Shown here piece after piece: positions 53,806 to 64,000 of a stretch of DNA of 64,000 nt (within the stretch, counting starts at the first letter, position 1; each line of letters begins with the position of its first letter). The translations under genes and the position numbers were made by a program. The notes under the pieces are model-generated. The model was not told where the DNA came from. It ran no database searches and worked only from the letters and a program-made list of their open reading frames with translations. Source of the DNA: Antedon mediterranea. Taxonomy: Eukaryota > Animalia > Echinodermata. Location: contig NC_092680.1 in the NCBI RefSeq assembly GCF_964355755.1, positions 3,472,001 to 3,536,000 of the forward strand, written 5' to 3'.

Positions 53806-54671
53806 TTATGCGGTTAAAATTTGGCTGAGGATGGTGTGTGGGTCAGAAAAGCCGAATATGAGCCTCGGGGGGGGGGGGGCGAATTGTTTCCACTCTCGAA
53901 CGCACTGTTTGTCCTCTTTTCTGTTTCACATTTTGTGTCGTATAACGTATGATAAATGTTCCGCATTTTCATATTGATTTAAAGGCAGAATGCGACGTAA
54001 AATGAATGTAATTTTGTCATGGTCTATTCCCCACGGGAATGTACATAGATCAGTTCGTGGTTTATTCGCCTCTCGTCTGGGTCGGTTTGCCGAGGCCTAG
54101 AATTCCAGCGAGAGCAGTGAAATTATCGACAGTCGGGCTGGAGCATTGACAGAAAACAATAACTAAAACGGCAGATGAACATTCACTAGCGATATGTGAT
54201 AGGCTGTAGATGGGCTCGAGTGACATTTTGATTAAAATTCTATGTCATCTTTATTATTGAGCTCTAGATAATAATGGTAATCATCGATTTAGAAGGAGAT
54301 GTATGGTCTTTTCTTCGGGTTGCAAGCGAGTACGGTACCGGCATGCATGACACGATCAAATACAGGCCACATAATCAATTCCACGAAAAGCTGTATTTAC
54401 ACGTAACACAAATTGATCTTATTATATTAGTTAGGCCTATTTTTTTTTAACACATTATTAAATGCATTTTTTATCGTTTGTGTCTGAAGGACGGTGCTCA
54501 ATATGATGAGTTGTAAACATAATTTTATTGTGTGGAGTTGGACAAAAAAATTATCAGTGGGCGGATATTTACGTTATGTTATGAAAGAATAAATACAAAA
54601 TTTGCATTTTGAGAACATTTATAACTAACGAGATCGAATGTTACTACTGAAATACCAATAAATACGCCTGA

Positions 54672-54987
54672 AGATGTATTGTCCCCCTAAAAAATAATTG
54701 TTGTTGTTGAATATGCCATTTTAATATCACACAATAGATGTCTATCTTCAATAAAAATTAAATAAAAAAATGTATTTACCTGAAAAAATGTAATTTAAAG
54801 CAGATATAGTCAAATTGTTTGCCAACCAATGGTTTTTGGTTGAATTTGACCATTTATTTTGTCATTTTATATGAGAAAACATTTTTTTGTTCTTAACGGT
54901 GGAAGTGATTAACTTTATAAAAACTACAAAATAACCTATTCAAAAGTCTGATTTAAGTTTTTTCATGTCTTTAACTGAAATACATCT
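54672..54987. mobile_element. Kolobok-like MITE, longer copy
   Basis: AGATGTATTGTCCCCC...AATACATCT followed by TTAA; termini shared with 8443-8517. Confidence 0.5.
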
Positions 54988-55509
54988 TTAACTGAAACAT
55001 TTAATAAAAATTTATATATAGATTACGCTCAAATCACCACAATGGTACTCGGGACAGATATTGATTTAGCTGTTTTTTTCATTCAACATTATCATAATAA
55101 CTAATTATCATTCGTTAGGCATAACTTATACCTCCATGGCCTAACCGACAGGCCTGTAATCAGCCCATAGACCAATTCTTATAGCATGTTATCATTTTAC
55201 AATTCCTTTAATTAATTTAGATATCATTTCTTGGCACCTTTCAGATGCGTTCTTGCTTGATTAAATGACGCGTGACCAGCTCCCTAATCCCCTTCCCATG
55301 TAGCACGTGCGTTAGGATTATTTACAGCTGATCCGTTAATCTCATTCGCTTTACTGATTATAACCCAATAGCAGAATGCTGTGGTTACAAAACAATTGTA
55401 ATGTGGTGGTCTGCAGATTTTAATATGGATATCCTGTATATTATTATATAGGCCTTATACATTATATTCTGGCTGTTTTACTTTATTAATTTGATTTACC
55501 TTTTTGCTT

Positions 55510-55680
55510 ACTTTATTTTGTATCTCCACTGAGATCCAGCCACTGATACCCACAGCATTGTTATTTTGTATCTCCACTGAGATTCAGCCACTGATACCTA
55601 CAGCATTGTCATTTTGTCAGTGCTTATTTTTATTTTATACCTCCATTAAGATCCAGCCACTGATACTCACAGCAGTCTTT
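55510..55680. repeat. 48-bp tandem repeat (~3 copies)
   Basis: TTATTTTGTATCTCCACTGAGATCCAGCCACTGATACCCACAGCATTG. Confidence 0.85.
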
Positions 55681-56904
55681 ATTTTCAGCAATATGCATTT
55701 GGATCCTTATACATGTTATAAATTGTGGAGATTAAAATCGTAGAAGTTTGTATTTTCTTCTTTTTTTTTTACCAAACCAATGCAATAAATTCAATAATTT
55801 GTGTTCTTCTTGGCCTAAAAATTACCTTTTATCGATTTTGACTTTCCTAGCATAACGCAAATATGACACAATATTATAGCTTATTTAGATTTGACTAAAC
55901 CTACCACGGATCCACCACGTGCTCCAAGATGTTTAATGTATATTCATATAATTTTATATTATTTAAGACATTTCTTGTACAGGAAAACGGTGTTGCGTAT
56001 TCATTACCTTCGTAAACACGTTTACAACCGATAAAAATTAATACAAATCCTCGCGAAGAAAATAGTCCGTGGTTGTTCCATTAATTACAGGATTACACAC
56101 GGTGTAAAATTTTTTTACCATAAACATAATTTATAAAAATATATGTTTGATTACGAGGCAAGAATAGCGTTCTGTTTTATTCAATTCCGGATCGTCGCTG
56201 TCATACGATGTCACTTGTGTATGATATATCTATCGTATAACACAATCAAAGCTCTCGTCTGCGCACGAACAACTAACATTTGTCCTGATAATTGGCAGAC
56301 TCCAAAACTGAGACGTGAGTTGTCGTCGTGGCCACTCAATATCGCAACAGACGATCGGTACACACTCGGCACGCGCGCTCAAACCGCTAGCCATCTGTCA
56401 CAGATTTGGAAAAAATCAAGCCTGCGGCCTAGAAAACATAATAAATACAAACATAAAAAAATTAAGCTATTTTAAAGCTATGTTAATGATGAGCTGGATC
56501 ACATTAAAAATCATGATGCTATATTTCTATTAAAAGCAGCTAATATTATTACACCATTTGTAATGTTTTTTTATAGCTTGATAAAAATTCATTACAATAT
56601 TCATTTCTTAAAGATTCTACGTTGTGATTGGCTGTAACTTATAAGTAAACAACCGACACCGACAACTTATACGCGCGTATACGTCACAAATCGTGAATGA
56701 GTGTTTACATATAAGTACACAATTATTATTTTTATTATCGCGTTTAAGTCATGAATACGATTCACCCTTATTTATTAACGCACGTATCGCAATCATTAGC
56801 ACATGATCATTACAATATGGTTATTTTTAACATAAGAAGTGTTTATTAATTTTGCCATAATGACAATTTGTCAGGATTGTTCAATGTGTAAATAAATTAA
56901 TTGA

Positions 56905-57195
56905 CTCGACTATCAGGTATGGTACGCAAACTTCTGTGTGTAAATTTATTGTGAAAACTCGATTATCGGGTATGGTACGCAAACTTCTGTATGTAAATTT
57001 ATTGTGGAGACTGGACTATCAGGTATGGTACGCAAACTTCTGTATGTAAATTTATTGTGGAGACTGGACTATCAGGTATGGTACGCAAAGTTATATATGT
57101 AAATTTATTGTGAAAACTCGACTATAAGGTATGGTACGCAAACTTCTGTATGTAAATTAATTGTGAAAACTCGAATATAGGGTATGATACGCAGA
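56905..57195. repeat. Minisatellite, 53-bp unit, ~5.5 copies
   Basis: CTCGACTATCAGGTATGGTACGCAAACTTCTGTATGTAAATTTATTGTGAAAA. Confidence 0.93.
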
Positions 57196-58743
57196 CTATG
57201 CATTTTAATGTTTAGGCATGGGGAAAGCTAACAATAAGCCTAATATTAGTAATAAAACGCTCTTGGAAATAATGTTAACAATTATAAAATGTTAAGATAA
57301 ATATGAAATATAAAATTGATTTGATTACAACTTATTTTAAAATAATTTAATAAAAAAGTAAACTTCATAGAGTAAATATTCGTTGATGATATAATTAATG
57401 TCGACTGGCACGAATAATATTACTCTTTCAACTAACTTTTAACTCGCCCGACGGGATGAATTTTAAATACAGTATATCTTATATAGTTCTGAACCATCTT
57501 TACTACTCCTACTGCAGCATATGAGTTATAACGCTAATATGATAATAATTCCGCGTGACGAAAATCTAGATTCAAAATTTGTCAAATTTGCGGCAAATAT
57601 ATTGATTACAAAAGGTTCGTGTAAGAAGACAGAACACACATGTAATAGGTTTTTAAAAGACAGATGGGATGATGAACTTGTATGATGATATTGAGTTGTT
57701 CATTGTGATGAATGACTGAATCTTCAGTCTTGCCGCAGTTCATTGAAAAAATTAATTAAGTCTATATCCATTCGTGTAATGTTATCGGGTGGAGTATCAC
57801 TCATGTCTCCCCACCCTTTCTTATGAATTGTTCCCTTAAATCAACCAATATCTGTTTTGAGGTTAGGGCATGGAGCTATAAAATGTTATACTTCCATGTT
57901 CGGAGCTCTCTCTCTCTCTAATTTTATACCTTAGTTAGGTTAGTGTTCAACAGTTGTTGGCGGTTTAGAAGCCGACATGTTGTGACCACACAATTGTAAA
58001 AGAGGTCTCTTCTTTTCCAAAAATAAATCCAACTTTTAATGTCTCGTAGGCCTAGACTTTCCCGTAACTGAGAAATGAGGTGGCAGCTACAATAACCTGG
58101 TTTATTTAAGCAACGAAATTGGACTAGCAGTATTGCCTTTTGGCGCCTAGCTCGATGCATTCATCCCATAGATGTTCTTGTTCTCTAGATTAATTTACAA
58201 TAAAGTTCTCGCCTTCTGTGACTCTGTGTATCTTTGCCTGTGCAAAACCGTTGTCAGTGTTTAATTTAGTATATGCATTCTAATCATTATAAAGTCATTT
58301 ATTTGATTAGGTTTTCGATGAATCTTCTTTGTTATCGTTACCGTTTGAGAAAACCACGTTTAGCGCGGGTGCGTTCAAATTAATAATACGAAACAGTTTA
58401 ATTATTTCGTCTGTTTTCATCATTCTGGCTCTACATGATCAATACCGCGACAGCTTTTAGAACAGACATTATAATAAGCAATCAGTCCCATGTTGATAAA
58501 AATAAGTTTTAGTAGGTCGATTGTATGAGGTCGATTTAATTGCTCCTCCCATAAGGGTCACGTCATGTCCAAGCCATGTACTCGCGCTCATTCATCTATT
58601 ATCTACGACACGAACTGTGTGAACTAGTAATAGTATACACTAAAGATATTCTATGTTTTTAAAGTTACAGTTATATAGTTCTACCACTCTGATGAGTGAA
58701 CCAATGCCCTGGCTGATTAATTACGCCGCCAACCACTCAGTTA

Positions 58744-58918
58744 AGCGTGGTTCCCACTAGCGACGCAACACAAGGACGTAACGCAACGCAAGTGAATTGA
58801 CCAATCACAAGCGATGGCTTATTCGCTTGTGCTAACTGTCTATAATTTCGCTTGTCATTGGTTAAAACGCTTGCGTTGCGTTTACGTCCTTGCGTTACGT
58901 TCTAGTGGGAACAAACCT
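58744..58918. mobile_element. MITE family B, full copy with TTA TSD
   Basis: TTA|AGCGTGGTTCCCACTAG...CTAGTGGGAACAAACCT|TTA. Confidence 0.8.
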
Positions 58919-59699
58919 TTATCGACCGCACTTCAAAATGAATACGCTGTACGCGGTACATTCGCCCATACTGGTAATTTTATTATACTTTTTAGATTCT
59001 TTAAAAATGAAAAATATAACAGCTAAAACCGGTAACACACCACCATGAGTAAAACCTTCCTGTTTGGTTTCCTGATACGTATTATGTTTTCATGATGTGC
59101 ATCTCAAGAAAAATCTCACCTTTTTTGTACACGTGATCACATGATGTGACGTATTTCACTCGTGGCCACGCGTACAATCGCGATAAATTGATGACACAGC
59201 TTCGTAAAAAAAATATCTGTCGCAAGTCCTTTTCGCGCCTGTCTTTTATCGTCTGTTAGGTTGACAAAGCAACAGAAATGTCGTCTTAGAAACTGGGTTT
59301 TCTTTCTGGTCTTTCCTATGAGGTCATCGACAACAGAAAATATTGAAAATTGTTTTCAGAGTAATTAAAGTGTAAAATCTGGTCTCATTGTCTGCTATTT
59401 TCAAATGCTCTAACTTTCGCTGTGTTTTAAAACAAGGTTTATTCATGGTTACTGAATGCCTACAATTGGGCGCAACTTAAGTTTCCTTTGTTGTGTTTCT
59501 TAACAGTTAAAATAGTTTGTGTACCCCAGAACTAATAATTAATATTGATTGACTCATCACCTACCTCTGCATCCTTCTGCTGCCTTAAAAACCCTTATGG
59601 ATAGCGAGTCAAGTGCAAAGTTTTGACAAACCTTTGTTTATTTCGATAGCATCTCAAACACATAGTTAATGAATAAAAAAAAAGATGTATCAGTATCGC

Positions 59700-59890
59700 C
59701 ATCGTTTGTTTTACGCGCGCGTACAAAAGCCTTATCATTATCATTATCTTTGGTACGCGCGCGTACAAAAGCCGTATTGTTACAATCATCGTTTGTACGC
59801 GCGTTTACAAAAGCCGCATTGTTAAAATCATCTTTGTACGCGCACGTACAAAAGCCGTATTGTTACAATCATCATTTGTACGCACGCGTC
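59700..59890. repeat. CGCGCGTACAAAAGCC repeat block
   Basis: About five units of ~39 bp related to 13525-13735. Confidence 0.8.
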
Positions 59891-61009
59891 AATGCTTTGT
59901 TTTTTCTTAAGCTCACTAATCATGTTTAAATTGGCTATTTTACTGGCGTATTCATACTAAGCATTTACAAACAATCAGTTGTGTTTTAAATACTGTAATT
60001 TTGGCTAACTATTTACGATACAGTAGGCCCAATTCACCTGTGACAATTGTTCATTGACAGCTCGTATAATGTTATACTTACATCTGTATCTTAATTAACC
60101 CAATAAATATGTTTTATAATAAAGATAATACAGTACTGTGAAAAGTGTCATGTAATAGAACCAAGACCGAATATAATGTGCTTTGGATATATAGTTCTAA
60201 TTAACTTATTTAATCAGTACATTTTTACCAATTTAAATTAGTCTTGGGAAATAGATTAATATTTTGATGATAACGCGAACACTAATTCGTCCGACGAGAA
60301 CACAATTTTCTCGATTTAATCGCGTTCCTAATACTCAATAGAGTGAGTTAATCATTGCGAGCGCGCGTGATATGAATATTAATTAACCTTGTGTGTTCCC
60401 AGATATGATAACAGTATCGTTTGATTAAAATGAAATCGAATCGTATTTTCTTAGACCATGGATGAACAACAATAATAATACGCAAAGGCTAGAAAGAATC
60501 CCGTGGAATTAAACTACATGGTAGAGTATTTTATTACCATACGTAGAATTAGACCAGTTGAATTGGTACTGTGTTTTCATTTTAAAGATAGCAATATTAT
60601 TTTTGGTGATGAATAATATCATAGGTGGGATCTATTGAGCCTACTGAACACGTCTCCATGGACGAATGAAATTATTCTCTCCATAGAGCTCCCCAGACTA
60701 GAATATTCTCCTTTATGGATCCTTATCTGAGCATAGATACAATACGGTACAGTAGATATAGCACTCACAGCACCGTACTATAGTCACTTCCAAAACTGTT
60801 TTCTCCCTGGATCGACCCAACAAACTATAACATTCTTCCGTTTAAGGGCCATTGCGAAAAACGGGACGGGAACAATGTTCGTGTGGACGTAGGCATTCTG
60901 TCCGCCAAAACAAATTTAGCTCCAGCTGTCAATCTTAATGTGATCGATATTTGATTAAATATGCTGTTTATGATAAATCGTGCAACGGTTACAATTTTGT
61001 ACGTATATG

Positions 61010-61425
61010 CATATTTATCATAAATATCATTATCAGCATCATCATTGATATCATCATTATAATCGTCATTATTATCATGGTCATCATCACTATCATTATT
61101 CTAATATTTAGATCGTCATATTCACCATTCAAATCATCTGCATCATCATTATCAACATAGCGTCATTATCATCATCATCGCCATCACCACCATCATCATT
61201 ATCACCACCATCATCATCACGATTACCATCATTATCATCATACATCATCATTACCATCATCATCATCATCATACAGTACATCATCATCATCATACATCAG
61301 CATCACCATCATTACCATTATTATCATATCCATTATCACCCTCATCATTGTCATCATCACCATCATCACAATCACCCTCATCATTATCATCATCATTATC
61401 ATCATCACCATCATCATCATCATCC
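61010..61425. repeat. Degenerate (ATC)n microsatellite
   Basis: Long ATC/ACC/ATT triplet tract; explains the poly-M/poly-D/poly-I ORFs. Confidence 0.95.
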
Positions 61426-62965
61426 TTCTCCCACCGCACCGCCCAAATCGCTGTTTTATCTGATACCTCTCCGTTTATTTTCAAGAATTGACTAAGACGA
61501 TATTAAATTTTCATAATATTAAATACAAACTAATATTAGTTAAACTGATACCGTTGCAATTTCTGTACTCATATCCGGTTTGTATTCCAACTTCAATTGA
61601 GGTTCAAGTTAAATGTAATTAAAGCAATAAGACAACATTGTGATCGTATCAACTCACTCAGCGATCATTTCCTGGGGTGGGATGAATATTAGGCTTAAGG
61701 ATGAAAAACAATCATTTTATAACGACATTGAATTTAACGATAACATAAGCAACGTTGATGATGAAAAAAAAATAAAGAAAATCATGAATGTTTTCCTGGG
61801 GTGGTAGTATATCCACCCGATTCTCAGTTTTGTTTAGTACCATAGGCAACATTCGAAATACAGTATATCATGTGTTCACATGTGAAGGCTGTATTATGGA
61901 GGGGGTATATAGGCTAATAGGTTAAGCTAGGAATTATGATTTAAGCTTTACATGATATGTTTCACATGTGATACCACTGTATCCTATGACCTGACAAGAT
62001 ACAGTACCGTAGCGAGAATCGGCATAGTATCACACTGAAAAATATCACAGTATATGAATTTTGATAAAAGTAATCTTAGAGCGACAATTATCAAACCTCG
62101 GGGTCGCTTTTATCTATTTATTTAATTTAAAAAAAATCTAATCATAAAATTACCTTTTTGTTTGAAATATTAACAAGAAATTTGATTACGCAATTCTATC
62201 TATTGGGTTGCATTGTTCCCAAGGACGCTAGAAGCATTTTGTTGTATTATTTTGACTTTATAGGCCTAGTAGATTGCGTGCGTTGAAGCGCTGCTCTTAT
62301 ATAAGAAATCACAATGCAGTTTGTACGAACATGATAGAAATAAGATTATTATAAAGTATTTAAGTAGAAAGCCAAATAAAGAACGTGGTGCTACTCAATC
62401 TCAAGTATCTTAGTAAATCGAAATTTAATTACTTTAATTAATTTATTAAGCAAATAAAAAAGTGAATTCTTATTCATGAGTTGATCACGCCTATATCCAG
62501 CATGGTATTTTTCTAAATAAAACAAATGATGACAATTTGTGTTGAGTACAGTTTTACTTTAAATTCTGCCAAAAAGAATAGAATTTTAAAATGTAAGAAT
62601 GTCCTATTTAAAACGGTTTACGTTTACGTAACGTCTAGATGCTGTCAACGTAATAAGGATGGTCACGTGTAAACAATGGGCACGTGCGGTTTATTCAAAT
62701 ATTTAATAATCGGGTTAATTTAACGATTTAATCATCACCCAACCAACACGTTGACGGCTCGTCACACACAAACCCACTCGATAAACTGAACAAACATTAA
62801 ATATTATGGTAATAAAATAAATTGAAAATTGAAAACGCTTGGGGCAACATTTGCTAAAACTTTGCAATCGTAATCTCCTCTATGTTCGTGTTATCAGTAA
62901 AAATATTTTACAATTTTTTGGGAAATTATTAAATTAATGATTTGACAATCGTCGACACGTAATAA

Positions 62966-63118
62966 AGCTTGGTTCCCACTAGGACGCAACGCAAAGACAT
63001 AAACGCAACACAAGCGTGTTGACCAATGACAAGCGACAGTTCGAATAATTCATCGCCTGTGATTGGTCACTTCACTTGCGTCTACGTCCTTGCGTTGCGT
63101 CCGAGTGGGAACCAAGCT
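62966..63118. mobile_element. MITE family B, full copy
   Basis: AGCTTGGTTCCCACTAGGACGCAACGCAA...TTGCGTTGCGTCCGAGTGGGAACCAAGCT; TAA/TTA flanks. Confidence 0.8.
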
Positions 63119-64000
63119 TTAGCCATCCCACTCCTAAAACATGATACGAGTGGAAAACAAGTTAAAATACTCGCGTAAAAACTGTGTACAAGCTCTTGTG
63201 TGAACAATGTGTACCATCTTCGTCATATGACGTAACTTACATCTTCGTCATATGACGTAATTATCCATGTTTATTATAACAATGTAGCAAATTAGCACTG
63301 TCAAATTGTGCATTTATCTTATTAATATACGGTATGAATTATTTATTGTTATTAACATGACATATGTATGGGCAATTAGATATTGAACACAATAGGTATA
63401 TTGTATGTTGTGCTTATCTCTCGCACATGTCTATTGTGGTTATACTCACAGTTAAATATACCATTATACAAATGCTAACTACTACAGCAATAATGTTAAT
63501 TCAAAAGACACAATTGAAGTAACATCACTTATGTAAAAGAAAGTACATCGTAACCTAAGTTCGCGTAGAGTAAAGGTCGGGACACGCGTACGACGCACAT
63601 ATGGGGAACGAGCTTTTCCAATCTCATTATGTTACTGAAATTGTAGGATAATCTATGGCCTTGAATACGTGGTATGTCCATTGCTACTGTTGCGGAGTGG
63701 GAGAAATAGGCCTACCATAAAGAGTAGGTCTATACATGATAAATTTTATTTTAATTAAACTTATTCCTCAATTTACGCACGGTACAGTACCAATTTAAGT
63801 AAACGTAAGTCATACAAATTTGGAGTTACTCTCGTACAATACTGTTTTACAACGATGTATTATTGTAGTCGATACTCGGTACTGAATCTATACATTTGTC
63901 CAGACGTATCATATTGAAATGTCATCACACAGCATCATATGTTATGCAACGCCTGTATCATACCTTATTCTTAACCTAATCTTCCATGATACAAGCACCA

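Noticed and set aside
58688-58745. CTGATGA as a hammerhead ribozyme core (also 8040-8070 and 12432)
   Set aside because: No properly placed GAAA and stems I/III.
60951-61484. Poly-I, poly-M and poly-D ORFs
   Set aside because: Translations of an (ATC)n microsatellite.

Overview
AT-rich invertebrate (probably deuterostome, e.g. echinoderm or hemichordate) genomic DNA with one recognisable protein-coding gene. This is a complete islet (Isl1/2-type LIM-homeobox) gene on the minus strand: six coding exons from 44383 to 21772, 1122 nt, 373 aa, with two LIM domains, a homeodomain and the Lhx3-binding domain. All splice junctions are GT..AG and phase-compatible. The rest is gene-desert-like non-coding DNA: two degenerate tRNA-Val(AAC) copies, several minisatellites, at least four MITE families and candidate cis-regulatory islands. 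The most unusual signals are a dense set of short palindromic scars that look like DNA-transposon excision footprints (TAGGCCTA at 50 or more copies by eye; TACAGTA/TACGGTA/TACCGGTA; ~30-bp CATGG..CCATG mini-hairpins resembling P-element footprints), a 233-bp head-to-head MITE palindrome, a POU-octamer cluster in the last intron, and clustered miR-92/miR-375 seed matches in the putative 3' UTR. No CRISPR or prokaryotic system is present.
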